Source: Nitrospirota bacterium
GTDB lineage: Bacteria > Nitrospirota > UBA9217
Length of the DNA stretch: 64,000 bases
Direction of reading: 5' to 3'
NCBI GenBank assembly: GCA_963796285.1
Contig: CAWCKW010000012.1
Location: 736,001 to 800,000, forward strand
Part shown: piece by piece, positions 1 to 9,985 of the stretch
Layout of the letters: the number at the start of each line of letters is the position of its first letter
How positions within the stretch are numbered: position 1 is the first letter of the stretch
The notes under the pieces: model-generated
What the model was told of the DNA's origin: nothing
The model's input: the letters and a program-made list of their open reading frames with translations, nothing else
Database searches by the model: none
Translations under genes and position numbers: made by a program

Positions 1-1129
1 CCGCCGCAAGGCTCGCGACGAGACCGGTAACGAAGCCGATCGCGAGATTCGGCCAGGAGATGGCGAGCTCGGCGATCGAAGTCCTCATATAGAGTTCGGA
101 AACGGTCTGGCCCACGGCACCGATCGCAGATTTTGCAAAGAAAATGCCGAGGCCGATACCCAGACCGGACCCGATAATGGCCATGACAAAGGTCTCTCCC
201 ATGAAAAGTGAAATGATCTCTCGCCGTGTGGTGCCGAGGGCGCGCAGGATGCCGATCTCTTTTCTCCGCTGGACCACGGAGATCGAGACGGCATTATAGA
301 TCAGGTACATGCCTACGAAGACAGCGATGAAACTGATGAGATTGATGTTCTTCTGGAAGTGGGAGATGAGGACCTCGACCTGCCTGGTCCTGCCTTCCGG
401 CGTGATGACATTGTATCCGCCGGGGAGGGCCTTTATGATGCGCTCGCGGACAACATCCAGGTTCTCTCCGCGCAGGAGGCTCACGTCGATCCTGTCTATT
501 CGTCCTTCCTTGCCGAAGGCCATCTGCGCCGCAGGGTAATCCATGATCGCAATACTGCCCGACATGATTTTTGCCGGCCCTTCGGGATTCAGCAGGCCAC
601 GTACGCGGAAGGTCCGGATGCCGCGCACGGTCTGGATCTGTATGTTCTGATCCAGCTTGATCCCTTCCCGTTCCGCTAGCTCGCGGGTGAGCAGGATGGA
701 ATCGGGACGGGCAAGGAACAGGAGCGGGTCCGGGATATCTGCGCTTTCATCGGAGAGTTTGTAATCCCGGATATTGCTGTCCTGGAGCACGTCCACGCCG
801 AGGATCATGAGCGTTCGTTCTTTTGCACCGACGAGGATACCCTGCGTATCGATCACCGGGACGGCATACTCAACACCGGGGACCTTCTGAACGCGTTCGA
901 TGAGTTCCTCGGGAAAGCCTGAAGCAGCTCCGGTGACCTGGAGAGCGGCACGTCCAGTTACGCGGTTGATCGAGTCTTCGAACGAGCGCATCACGCTCTT
1001 GTTCACGATCCCGATCGAAACGATGGCGGCAACGCCGAGGCTGATGCCCGCCACGGTCATGAGCGTGTGGACCTTCTGGAGCCGGATGCGTTTGATGCTG
1101 ATGTGTTTGAGCAGATTCAGGAGGTTCAT
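1..1129 (-). CDS. ABC transporter permease (FtsX/MacB-LolE-like), runs off the window edge
   Basis: Manual translation from ATG at 1129: MNLLNLLKHISIKRIRLQKVHTLMTVAGISLGVAAIVSIGIVNKSVMRSF..., a typical MacB/FtsX N-terminus; follows a LolD-like ATPase. Absent from the ORF track, probably because its stop lies outside the window. Confidence 0.85.
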   Translation of the reverse strand, partial: MNLLNLLKHISIKRIRLQKVHTLMTVAGISLGVAAIVSIGIVNKSVMRSFEDSINRVTGRAALQVTGAASGFPEELIERVQKVPGVEYAVPVIDTQGILVGAKERTLMILGVDVLQDSNIRDYKLSDESADIPDPLLFLARPDSILLTRELAEREGIKLDQNIQIQTVRGIRTFRVRGLLNPEGPAKIMSGSIAIMDYPAAQMAFGKEGRIDRIDVSLLRGENLDVVRERIIKALPGGYNVITPEGRTRQVEVLISHFQKNINLISFIAVFVGMYLIYNAVSISVVQRRKEIGILRALGTTRREIISLFMGETFVMAIIGSGLGIGLGIFFAKSAIGAVGQTVSELYMRTSIAELAISWPNLAIGFVTGLVASLAA

Positions 1130-1178
1130 AATATCTTTCAAAAAAAAGAAGAAGTGTTGGAAGCGATTCACGAGTAAC

Positions 1179-1197
1179 TTAAGAATTCAATTCTTAA
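1179..1197. promoter_or_regulatory. Perfect palindrome TTAAGAATT-C-AATTCTTAA, putative operator
   Basis: 9-1-9 inverted repeat 50 nt upstream of the permease start; its 14-nt core recurs at 2222-2235. Confidence 0.5.
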
Positions 1198-1239
1198 TAA
1201 AATATGGATCAACTATTAAGACGAAAACTTAAAGCACTG

Positions 1240-1371
1240 TCTCGCGCAATGGCCAAGTAGAGGGCCACACTGAGCCGCAAAGGCCGCAAAGAACGGCAAT
1301 AACAAAAGGGGCTTATTGTTTTAAATCAAGACTTCGAGACTTTCTTTGCGCCTTTGCGGCTTTGCGCGAAA
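1240..1371. repeat. Nonamer-repeat-armed hairpin element (CGCAAAG units)
   Basis: Left arm TCTCGCGCAA[insert]AGCCGCAAAGGCCGCAAAG; right arm CTTTGCGCCTTTGCGGCTTTGCGCGAAA; same family as 8749-8835. Confidence 0.8.
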
Positions 1372-1385
1372 ATGATTTGTCCGGT

Positions 1386-2078
1386 TCAGGCTTGTCCGAG
1401 TCCCTTCATCGCCGTGTCTTCGGCGATGCCGCCGTCCTTGAGCGTTATGACGCGCGTGCCGTGGGATGAGGCTTTGAGATCATGGGTCACCATAACGATG
1501 GTCTGGCCCTCCCGGTGGAGGCCTGCAAGCAGTTCGAAGATGTCCTCGCTGGTGCGTGAATCGAGGTTTCCCGTGGGTTCGTCGGCCAGAAGCACTGCGG
1601 GGTTCACGATGAGCGCACGTGCAATGGCAACGCGCTGCATCTCGCCGCCGGACAGCTGCTCGGGGCGGTGTTCGATGCGCTCCCCGAGACCAACTTTATG
1701 AAGCAGCGCTTCCGCTTTTGGTTTGACCCTGGAGAAGGGGGTGCCCTCGAGCAGCAGAGGAAGGCCCACGTTCTCTGCCGCAGTAAGAATAGGGAGAAGA
1801 TTGAAGAATTGAAAAATGAAACCTACGTGTCTGCGCCTGATGAGGGTGAGTTCATCGTCGGAGATATTGTGGAGCGGCCTGCCGTCGATGAATATCTCGC
1901 CGGAGCTCGGCTGGTCCAGTCCGCCGATAAGGTTCAGGAGCGTGCTCTTGCCGGAGCCGGAGGGACCCATGACGGAAAGGAACTCGCCGGTGCGTATGCT
2001 GAGAGTGATATTGCGCAAGGCCTGGATATCTTTTGTGCCGTGCCTGTAGCTCCGCGTAACACCTTTCAGCTCGATCAT
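1386..2078 (-). CDS. ABC transporter ATP-binding protein (LolD/MacB-like)
   Basis: Walker A GPSGSGKST, LSGGEMQRVAIARAL, LLADEPTGNLD, VTHD. Confidence 0.95.
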   Translation of the reverse strand: MIELKGVTRSYRHGTKDIQALRNITLSIRTGEFLSVMGPSGSGKSTLLNLIGGLDQPSSGEIFIDGRPLHNISDDELTLIRRRHVGFIFQFFNLLPILTAAENVGLPLLLEGTPFSRVKPKAEALLHKVGLGERIEHRPEQLSGGEMQRVAIARALIVNPAVLLADEPTGNLDSRTSEDIFELLAGLHREGQTIVMVTHDLKASSHGTRVITLKDGGIAEDTAMKGLGQA

Positions 2079-2252
2079 GCGTCACCTCGTTGTAACAATT
2101 CTAGCGGCTCGGTAACATGTTGTAAAGGTAAATCTGGTTCGCTGAGATGTGCCATTCCCGAAAATGATTTTTTACAATACGGGTAATTTGTGTTATAAGA
2201 AGCAGGTCAACATACGTCATGAAGAATTCAATTCTATCCAGGGAGGTGCTTT

Positions 2253-2828
2253 ATGAAGGTCATTGCATTTAACGGCAGTGTGCGGAAGGACGGGAACACC
2301 GCTATTCTCTTGAACCTGGTGCTCGACGAGCTCAAGGCCGAAGGCATCGAAACCGAACTCTACCAGCTTGCAGGTAAGCCGGTCCAGGGCTGCATTGCCT
2401 GCTTCAAGTGTTTCGAGAAAAAGAACCGGCGCTGTGCCGTGGAGAAGGACATCATCAACGAATGCATCCAGAAGATGGATGCGGCCGACGGGATACTGCT
2501 CGGCTCGCCCACGTACTTCGCCGACGTGTCGGCAGGGATGAAGGCGCTGATCGAGCGGTGCGGCATGGTGGGGCGCGCGAACGAAGCCCTGTACAAACAA
2601 AAAGTGGGCGCGGGCGTGGTCGCGTGCCGGCGCGCGGGCGCGATCAATGTATTCAATTCGCTCAATTATTTCTTCACGATCAACGAGATGATCATCCCCG
2701 GCTCGAGCTACTGGAACATCGGCATGGGCAGGCAACCCGGTGAGGTCAATAATGACACCGAGGGCGTGCAGACCATGAAAAACCTGGGCAGGAACATGGC
2801 GTGGCTGATGAAGAAGATATATTCTTAA
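2253..2828 (+). CDS. Iron-sulfur flavoprotein (flavodoxin / NADPH-dependent FMN reductase family)
   Basis: MKVIAFNGSVRKDGNT, CIACFKC...C cluster motif, GSPTYF; RBS GGAGG. Confidence 0.9.
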   Translation: MKVIAFNGSVRKDGNTAILLNLVLDELKAEGIETELYQLAGKPVQGCIACFKCFEKKNRRCAVEKDIINECIQKMDAADGILLGSPTYFADVSAGMKALIERCGMVGRANEALYKQKVGAGVVACRRAGAINVFNSLNYFFTINEMIIPGSSYWNIGMGRQPGEVNNDTEGVQTMKNLGRNMAWLMKKIYS

Positions 2829-3040
2829 TAGTTTGCACGCCGGCCATTGATCAATTGTTTGAAGCTACCGGATTTGGCCATGCTGGTCTGATTTCTGCTA
2901 TAATAAAATTTACAATGCAATGGATGACGCGAACACCTGTAGGTCATTAGTATTATTCGTGTAAATAGATTCTATTTTTTTTAAATTAGATCTGTTTATT
3001 ATGTTCAGGATGTAATTCTAAGGAATGGGAGGTATAAGAT

Positions 3041-3265
3041 ATGAAACAGGACAAGAATATGCTGGATGAAATATCGTGCGTCGCTTATGACCTTTATGAA
3101 AAACGCGGATGTGCCCCGGGGAATGATTTCGCGGACTGGCTGGAAGCAGAAAAAATCGTTACGAAGAAGCATTTAAAAGGGGTCCCCAGCGCAGTAAAGG
3201 CCGTTAAGACATCTCAGCCTATGAAGGCTAAAGCAAAAACAAGGCCCATGCATGATAGTGTATAA
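3041..3265 (+). CDS. DUF2934-like small protein
   Basis: AYDLYEKRG..PGNDFADWLEAE motif; RBS GGAGG. Confidence 0.75.
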   Translation: MKQDKNMLDEISCVAYDLYEKRGCAPGNDFADWLEAEKIVTKKHLKGVPSAVKAVKTSQPMKAKAKTRPMHDSV

Positions 3266-3387
3266 GCTATTTATCAAAAAAAGGTTTTTTGATATAACAT
3301 GTACCGTTTTAAGCTCAGACCAGTGACGAGTCTGCATCCTTTGACGACAATGAGGAATCAAACTGACCGTGCTGAATGAAAAATATC

Positions 3388-3417
3388 TTGACAGAACGGC
3401 AGCAGTTGAGGTATTGT
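3388..3417 (+). promoter_or_regulatory. sigma70-type promoter of the pyr operon
   Basis: TTGACA-N18-TATTGT directly upstream of the PyrR binding loop. Confidence 0.55.
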
Positions 3418-3432
3418 AACCGCGTCGCAGAA

Positions 3433-3556
3433 ATTCTCTTTAAGTCTGGTCCTGTGAGGCCAGGAAGGGTTTAAGATGAAAAAACATACCGGCACCATCA
3501 TGCACGCCATGTTCACGACAACCTTCTTCCTGATTCAGGAGAGAAGGTTTTTTTGT
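3433..3556 (+). promoter_or_regulatory. PyrR-binding RNA element plus attenuator terminator
   Basis: CTTTAAGTCTGGTCCTGTGAGGCCAGGAAGG fits the PyrR binding-loop consensus; downstream hairpin AACCTTCTTCCTG-ATT-CAGGAGAGAAGGTT followed by a T-run, upstream of pyrR. Confidence 0.85.
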
Positions 3557-3670
3557 GCCTTTTTGAAACATCAAGCCAGCCCAAAGACACGAGGGCGCCA
3601 AGAAGAGCTGCGATCAAAGGTCTCTCTCTTTGTACGTAGCGATTTCGCGGCAGAATAAGGTGCGTCATAC

Positions 3671-4213
3671 ATGAGTATAAAAGAAAAAGCCCTGATCCTC
3701 GACAAGGCCGGCATCGACCGGGCGCTTACGCGGGTAGCCCATGAGATCCTGGAAAAGAACAAGGGAGCCCGGGACCTTGTGCTCGTCGGCATCCAGCGCG
3801 GCGGTGTACACATTGCCAGGAGACTGTCGGTACGGATACACGAGATAGAAAGAGTAGAAGTGCCGGTGGGCAGTCTGGACATCACCATGTATCGCGATGA
3901 CCTTTCAACGCGCAAATCCCAGCCAGTTCCCCAGGCCACGGACATTACCTTTGATATTCAGGACAAGGTGATGGTGCTCGTGGATGATGTGATCTTTACG
4001 GGCAGGACCATCCGCGCGGCGCTGAACAGCATCATGGACTACGGCAGGCCGCGGTGCGTCCAGCTTGCGGTGCTCGTGGACCGGGGACACCGGGAACTTC
4101 CGATCCGCGCCGACTATGTGGGCAAGAACCTCCCGACCTCGGCAAAAGAGAAGGTGGAAGTGATGCTGGCAGAGGACGGAGTGGAAGAGAAGATAGTGAT
4201 ATTGGGAGAATAA
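3671..4213 (+). CDS. pyrR: Pyr operon regulator / uracil phosphoribosyltransferase
   Basis: [52 protein letters not shown]. Confidence 0.97.
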   Translation: MSIKEKALILDKAGIDRALTRVAHEILEKNKGARDLVLVGIQRGGVHIARRLSVRIHEIERVEVPVGSLDITMYRDDLSTRKSQPVPQATDITFDIQDKVMVLVDDVIFTGRTIRAALNSIMDYGRPRCVQLAVLVDRGHRELPIRADYVGKNLPTSAKEKVEVMLAEDGVEEKIVILGE

Positions 4214-4214
4214 T

Positions 4215-4279
4215 CACGGGTCAAGTAGCAAGGGTCATGGAATTCCTGAACCCTGGACCCCGGACCCTTAACCCTCAAA
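4215..4279. repeat. Heptamer-armed degenerate hairpin (GGGTCAA / GACCC units)
   Basis: GGGTCAAGTAGCAAGGGTCA opposite GAACCCTGGACCCCGGACCCTTAACCC, between pyrR and pyrB. Confidence 0.55.
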
Positions 4280-4288
4280 GGTTTAATT

Positions 4289-5218
4289 ATGACACTCAGC
4301 TCAAAAGATCTGCTCGGTATAAAAGGTATGACCGCGGACGAGATCACACTCATCCTGGATACGGCTTCAACGTTCAAGGACGTGTCCGAACGTGACATCA
4401 AGAAGGTCCCGGTGCTCCGCGGCAAGACCGTGATCAACCTCTTCTACGAGGCAAGCACGAGGACGAGGACCTCCTTTGAACTCGCGGGCAAGCGTCTGTC
4501 CGCAGACGTGATCAACATATCGACCTCTACCAGCAGCGTGGTCAAAGGTGAGACGCTCCTCGATACCGCCCGGAACATCGAGGCCATGAAGTGCGACATG
4601 ATCATCGTGCGCCATTCCTGTTCAGGCGCTCCGGAGTTTCTTTCAAAACGGCTGAAGAGCGCGGTGATCAACGCCGGCGACGGTTTCCACGAACATCCTA
4701 CGCAGGCGCTGCTCGATATGTACACGATACGCGAAAAACTCGGCAAACTCGAAGGGCTTACCATAGCGATCGTGGGCGACATTGCCCATAGCAGGGTGGC
4801 ACGGTCGAACATATACGGGCTCACGACCATGGGCGCGAAGGTCAGGGTCTGCGGGCCGCCGACCATGGTGCCTCCGGGCATTGAAAGCCTCGGGGCCCAG
4901 GTCTCTTACGACATGAACGCCGCTGTTGAAGGCGTGGACGTGGTCATGATGATCAGACTCCAACTCGAGCGCCAGACCGCCGGACTTTTCCCGGGCGTGC
5001 GCGAGTACGCGAGATTTTATGGTTTGAACCAGACGCGCGTCGAGCGGGCGGCAAAACACGTACTGGTGATGCACCCCGGCCCCATGAACCGCGGAGTGGA
5101 GATATCGTCCGAGGTCGCGGATGGGACACCCGTCATTCTTGATCAGGTGACGAACGGTGTGGCTGTACGGATGGCGGTGATGTACCTCTTATCGGGCGGC
5201 ATAAAGGCGGAGGCTTAA
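4289..5218 (+). CDS. pyrB: Aspartate carbamoyltransferase catalytic subunit
   Basis: [35 protein letters not shown]. Confidence 0.98.
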   Translation: MTLSSKDLLGIKGMTADEITLILDTASTFKDVSERDIKKVPVLRGKTVINLFYEASTRTRTSFELAGKRLSADVINISTSTSSVVKGETLLDTARNIEAMKCDMIIVRHSCSGAPEFLSKRLKSAVINAGDGFHEHPTQALLDMYTIREKLGKLEGLTIAIVGDIAHSRVARSNIYGLTTMGAKVRVCGPPTMVPPGIESLGAQVSYDMNAAVEGVDVVMMIRLQLERQTAGLFPGVREYARFYGLNQTRVERAAKHVLVMHPGPMNRGVEISSEVADGTPVILDQVTNGVAVRMAVMYLLSGGIKAEA

Positions 5219-5236
5219 TAAAGGCAACTTCTTTTC

Positions 5237-5321
5237 AGGTGAAATGGAGAAAGAGGGGGAAAGGGTGGAAAAGACAGCATTCATTAAACCCCATTTCGCC
5301 GTTACTTCCCCCTTTTCCCTA
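5237..5321. repeat. Octamer-armed purine/pyrimidine hairpin
   Basis: GGTGAAAT GGAGAAAG AGGGGGAA AGGG opposite CCCCATTT CGCCGTTA CTTCCCCC TTTTCCCT, between pyrB and pyrC. Confidence 0.5.
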
Positions 5322-5344
5322 AGGAGATTTTGAATCAGGTGCTC

Positions 5345-6611
5345 ATGATGAATATCTTGATAAAAAATGGCCGCGTGATCGATCCGGCGAATAAGGTTGA
5401 CGAGAAACTCGATATCCTCGTATCGGACGGCAAGATCGCGAAGCTCGGCAAGCCGGGCTCGTTATCAGCTGATGGCTCGCAGGCGATCGATGCCGCGGGC
5501 AAACTCATCGTCCCGGGCCTCGTCGACATGCATGTGCATCTCCGTGAACCGGGGTTCGAGTATAAGGAAACGATCTCGACAGGTACCGCAGCGGCAAAGG
5601 CGGGAGGGTTCACCTCGGTCTGCTGCATGCCGAACACCAATCCGGTGAATGACAACCGCTCGATCACCGAGTTTATCCTGTCTCGGGCCAGAGAAGCGAC
5701 GGCGCGGGTCTACCCCATCGGAGCTATCACCAAGGGTTCCAGGGGCGAGGAACTGGCGGAAATGGGCGAACTGCATCAGGCGGGTTGCGTTGCCGTATCG
5801 GACGATGGCAAGCCGCTTATGAATGCGGCGCTGATGCGCCGTGCCATGGAGTATTCGAAGATATTCGATATCCTCATCATTTCCCACTGCGAAGACAGTG
5901 CGCTGTCAGACAAAGGGGTGATGAACGAAGGCAGGATTTCAACCGAGCTCGGGACTTCGCGGGATCCCTTGCGCGGCTGAGGACGTGATGACCAGCCGTG
6001 ACATCTCTCTCGCCGAGTTGACGGGATGCAGACTGCACATAGCCCACGTGAGCACTGCCGGTTCAGTGGGCCTGGTCCGTGAAGCGAAGAAGCGGGGCGT
6101 ACGGGTAACGGCAGAGACCTGTCCTCACTACTTTACGTTGACCGATGAGGCGGTCCGTGGTTACAATACCATGGCGAAGATAAATCCACCGCTCCGTACT
6201 GCCGAGGATGTAGCAGCGATCAAGCAAGGTTTGAAGGACGGGACCATCGATGTGATCGCCACGGACCACGCGCCTCACGGCATGGACGAGAAATCAGGCG
6301 AGTTCGATTACGCTCCATTCGGGATCGTCGGCCTCGAGACCGCGGTCGCTCTTACGCTCAGGCTGGTGGAGGAAGGGGTGCTTTCGTTTTCCGAAGCGAT
6401 CAGGAAACTGAGCATCAATCCATCGGCAATACTCAAAATCAGCGCGGGCAGTCTCGCACCAGGCTCGGATGGGGACATCACGATCATCGATCAAAGCGCT
6501 GCATGGATTGTCGATTCGGCACAGTTTAAATCAAAGTCCAGGAACACGCCGTTCAATGGATGGAAACTCACGGGAAGGGCAGTACAGACGATCGTGGGAG
6601 GGAAACTTTAA
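5345..6611 (+). CDS. pyrC: Dihydroorotase, one apparent +1 frameshift near 5952
   Basis: [31 protein letters not shown]; removing one G from GGGA gives ...[16 protein letters not shown] and joins the two ORFs. Confidence 0.95.
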
Positions 6612-7476
6612 TTGCGGATTTCGGATTGCGGATTGCGGATTGGAAGGGTGCTCGCTGTATTTTTCTGTGTTCTGGCTGCCTCGTCGGTTTTCGCAGTGCA
6701 GGACCAGCAAATACAACAGAAGCTTGCTGCGCTCGAAAAGATCCAGGGCAAGTTTACATTCATCGTTATGGGCGATAATCGCTCTGGTGATGATATCTAT
6801 AGGAAGCTTGTTTCCACTGGCGATGGAACGGAAGCCGGATTTCGTCGTGAATACGGGCGATATGATCGTGGCCCCCGGCAACAAACGGGAATGGGCCAAG
6901 TTCTGGGAAATGTCGAAGCCGATAAGCGTACCCTATTTTCTGACCGTGGGCAATCACGACGCGCACCCGAAGGTGCCGTTGAGCGAGAAAACATATAAGC
7001 AGGAAGTGGACCTCCCCGGGAATGAGCTGTATTATTCTTTTGTCGCTGGAAATTCGCTCTTTATTGTCCTCGACTCTTGTATGGAAAACCAGGAAAAGAG
7101 GATCATTGGCGGGCAATTCAAATGGCTCGAAGCCGTTCTCGTGAATTCGACGCAGAAACATAAATTCGTATTTCTGCACCATCCCTTGTACACCGATCTG
7201 GGGAAGGGGCATCACGCTCATGACAGCCTCGACAAGTATCCGGAAAGCAGGGACAGGCTCGAGGCGCTCTTTGCGAAGTGCAAGGTTGATGCGGTATTCG
7301 CGGGACATGAACATTATTATGAAAAACGGAGTGTTGACAATGTCCTCTATATCATTACCGGTGGAGGCGGAGCGCCGGTCTATGATAAGGAAGAATATGG
7401 CGGGTTTAATCATTTTGTTCAGATGTCTGTGGACGGGGACAAGGTGAGCGGGGAAGTCATCGATATCAACAGGTAA
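6612..7476 (+). CDS. Secreted calcineurin-like metallophosphoesterase, apparent frameshift near 6815; start uncertain
   Basis: Signal-like VLAVFFCVLAASSVFA, then GDNR / TGD / GNHD / LHHP / GHEH motifs split over two frames; the 5' end lies inside ATTGCGG repeats. Confidence 0.8.
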
Positions 7477-7507
7477 GATGAGGGATCAGTTCTGATGCAA
7501 AAGAGCT

Positions 7508-7590
7508 CCTCACCGCGGCACTCTCCGCAGAGGGGCGAGGGTGATTCGTTGTTCATACTTCCAGGCGGAGAGGATTGAGTGCGGGGAGAT
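7508..7590. repeat. Degenerate CCTCACC..CTCTCC...GGGG.GAGGG REP-like palindromic element
   Basis: CCTCACCGCGGCACTCTCCGCAGAGGGGCGAGGG and GGCGGAGAGGATTGAGTGCGGGG upstream of carA. Confidence 0.5.
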
Positions 7591-7614
7591 TATGATGCTG
7601 GAAGGTAGATCAGG

Positions 7615-8745
7615 ATGAAAAAAGCGATACTTGCATTGGCAGATGGCATGGTGTTCGAGGGACACTCTTTTGGCGCGGAAGGCGAGGCTTCCGGCGAGGT
7701 GGTGTTCAACACGAGCATGACCGGATACCAGGAAATTCTTACCGACCCGTCGTACAAGGGCCAGATCGTTACCATGACCTCCACGCAGATCGGCAACTAC
7801 GGGGTGAACGACGAGGACGTGGAAGCCGCAAAACCGTACGTGGAAGGCTTCATCGTGAAGGAGTATCTCGACATCCCGAGCAACTGGAGGTCAACAAAAT
7901 CCCTCCACGAGTACCTCAAGGAAAGCGGCATCGTCGGCATCCAGGGAATCGATACCCGCGCGCTGACCCGTCACCTCCGCGATTTTGGCGCGCAGCCGGG
8001 GGTCATCACGACAAAGGACATGAAGCCCGAGAGTATCGTTGCCCGGGCAAAGGCGCTGCCGAACATGAGCGGCCTTGATCTGGTGAAAGAGGTCACGTGC
8101 AAAACAGCATATACGTGGGATGAAGGTGACTGGGACCTCAAGACCGGTTACAGCAGGAAGAGGTCTTCTCGCTATCATGTCGTGGCCTATGATTACGGCA
8201 TTAAGCGGAATATTCTGCGGCTCCTCACGGCAGCGGGATGCGATGTGACCGTTGTGCCTGCGACCATGCCGGCGGAAGAAGTGCTTGCCATGAAACCGGA
8301 CGGCGTATTCCTGTCGAACGGGCCCGGAGATCCTGAGCCGGTCAACTATGCTGTCGAGAACATCAAAAAGTTACTGGGCAGGAAGCCGATCTTCGGCATC
8401 TGCCTCGGACAGCAGCTCTTCGGTCTCGCCCTTGGCGGCAAGACCTACAAACTCAAGTTCGGGCATCATGGCGGCAATCAGCCGATCATGGACCTTTCCA
8501 CACGCAAGGTCGAGATCGCGGCGGAGAACCATGGCTTCGCGGTTGACTTGGAGACCGTGAAAGACAAAGTCGTCATGACGCACATGAACCTGAACGACAA
8601 TACCTGCGAGGGGATCCGGCATAAAACACTTCCTGCGTTTGCAGTACAGTATCATCCTGAGGCATCGCCGGGACCGCATGACAGCAGGTATTTGTTCGGC
8701 CGCTTTATTGATATGATGGAAAAAGAAAAGGAACGGAAAAACTAA
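7615..8745 (+). CDS. carA: Carbamoyl-phosphate synthase small subunit
   Basis: [38 protein letters not shown]. Confidence 0.98.
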   Translation: MKKAILALADGMVFEGHSFGAEGEASGEVVFNTSMTGYQEILTDPSYKGQIVTMTSTQIGNYGVNDEDVEAAKPYVEGFIVKEYLDIPSNWRSTKSLHEYLKESGIVGIQGIDTRALTRHLRDFGAQPGVITTKDMKPESIVARAKALPNMSGLDLVKEVTCKTAYTWDEGDWDLKTGYSRKRSSRYHVVAYDYGIKRNILRLLTAAGCDVTVVPATMPAEEVLAMKPDGVFLSNGPGDPEPVNYAVENIKKLLGRKPIFGICLGQQLFGLALGGKTYKLKFGHHGGNQPIMDLSTRKVEIAAENHGFAVDLETVKDKVVMTHMNLNDNTCEGIRHKTLPAFAVQYHPEASPGPHDSRYLFGRFIDMMEKEKERKN

Positions 8746-8748
8746 TTT

Positions 8749-8835
8749 TCTCGCAAAGACGCAAAGTACGCAAAGAAAGGCGAAACTTCTAGTTTATTTG
8801 ACTTTAACCTTTGCGACCTTTGCGTCTTTGCGAGA
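8749..8835. repeat. Near-perfect hairpin with 27-bp arms built of 9-nt units
   Basis: TCTCGCAAAGACGCAAAGTACGCAAAG (8749-8775) and CTTTGCGACCTTTGCGTCTTTGCGAGA (8809-8835). Confidence 0.9.
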
Positions 8836-8850
8836 GATAGAATTTGTTTC

Positions 8851-9756
8851 ATGGCTTTATTGATCTCAAATAATGAACTAAACGAACGCATTGACGCGGC
8901 CTACGAGCTTCTCGCATCCTGCCGCGTCTGCCCCCGCGAATGCGGGGTGAACCGGCTGAAGAACGACAAGCTCGGTTTCTGCCGGTCGGGGTTGAATCCA
9001 ATCATCTCGAGCGTGAGCCCGCATTACGGCGAGGAGCCTCCGCTCTCGGGCACTAAAGGTTCGGGCACGGTATTTTTCACCAACTGCAACCTCAGGTGTG
9101 TATACTGCCAGAATTACCCGATAAGCCAGATGGGGAACGGCGAGGAGCGGACACCGGGTGAACTCGCATGTCAGATGCTCTGGCTTCAGGAGCAGGGATG
9201 TCATAATCTGAACCTGGTGACCCCGACACATTTTGTGCCGCAGATCCTGAAGGCGCTCGGCATTGCAATGCAGCGTGGTTTCAATCTGCCGATCGTGTAC
9301 AACACGAGCGGGTACGAGTCGGTGGAAACCCTCACTCTGCTCGACGGCATCGTCGACATTTATCTTCCGGACATGCGATACTCCGACAACGCCGCTGCAA
9401 TGAAGTACTCCATAGCCCCTGATTATCCGGAGATCAATCGCGCGGCGATAAAAGAGATGTATCGGCAGGTCGGGAACCTTGTCCTTGATGAGCAAGGGGT
9501 CGCCAGACAGGGTTTGATCATCCGGCATCTTGTCCTGCCCGGCAACATTGCGGGGACAGAACGAGTGATGAAGTTCCTTGCCGAGGAAATATCGACAGAC
9601 GTCTCTATCAGCCTCATGTCCCAGTATTTCCCGGCATACCGTGCCAGGGAGTTTCAAGAGATCAACAGAAGGATCACGACCGAAGAGTATGAGAAGGCCT
9701 ACCAGATCATGCTGAAGTATGGGCTGGAGAACGGGTGGGTACAGGAACACGAATAA
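8851..9756 (+). CDS. Radical SAM protein (PflX-like)
   Basis: CRVCPREC, HYGEEPP, CNLRCVYCQN, NLNLVTPTH, IIRHLVLPG. Confidence 0.9.
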   Translation: MALLISNNELNERIDAAYELLASCRVCPRECGVNRLKNDKLGFCRSGLNPIISSVSPHYGEEPPLSGTKGSGTVFFTNCNLRCVYCQNYPISQMGNGEERTPGELACQMLWLQEQGCHNLNLVTPTHFVPQILKALGIAMQRGFNLPIVYNTSGYESVETLTLLDGIVDIYLPDMRYSDNAAAMKYSIAPDYPEINRAAIKEMYRQVGNLVLDEQGVARQGLIIRHLVLPGNIAGTERVMKFLAEEISTDVSISLMSQYFPAYRAREFQEINRRITTEEYEKAYQIMLKYGLENGWVQEHE

Positions 9757-9761
9757 AAAAC

Positions 9762-9953
9762 ATTCACCACGGAGACGTAGCCTGCTCTTGCGAGGACGCG
9801 GCCATAAACGGAGACGCGGAGAAACGATCTCTTTAACAGGATGGACAGGATAAGATCTGATTTGATGGTATATATTAAATCCGTCAATTCTGTTATTCCG
9901 TCTGATAAAGTCTTTAGAATTTCTCTGCGACCTCTGTGTTCTCTGCGGTAAAA
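9762..9953. repeat. Nested repeat-armed hairpin elements
   Basis: Outer arms CACCACGGAGAC..GGAGACGCGGAG / CTCTGCGACCTCTGTGTTCTCTGCGGT; inner arms AACAGGATGGACAGGAT / ATCCGTCAATTCTGTT. Confidence 0.7.
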
Positions 9954-9985
9954 ATAGATTTGTTTTAGTTTGTGAGGGGAATTGA

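Noticed and set aside
5940-5990. Programmed frameshift or TGA readthrough in pyrC
   Set aside because: The TGA is in frame only because of one extra G; no slippery heptamer or SECIS-like stem was seen, and the same error type recurs across the window
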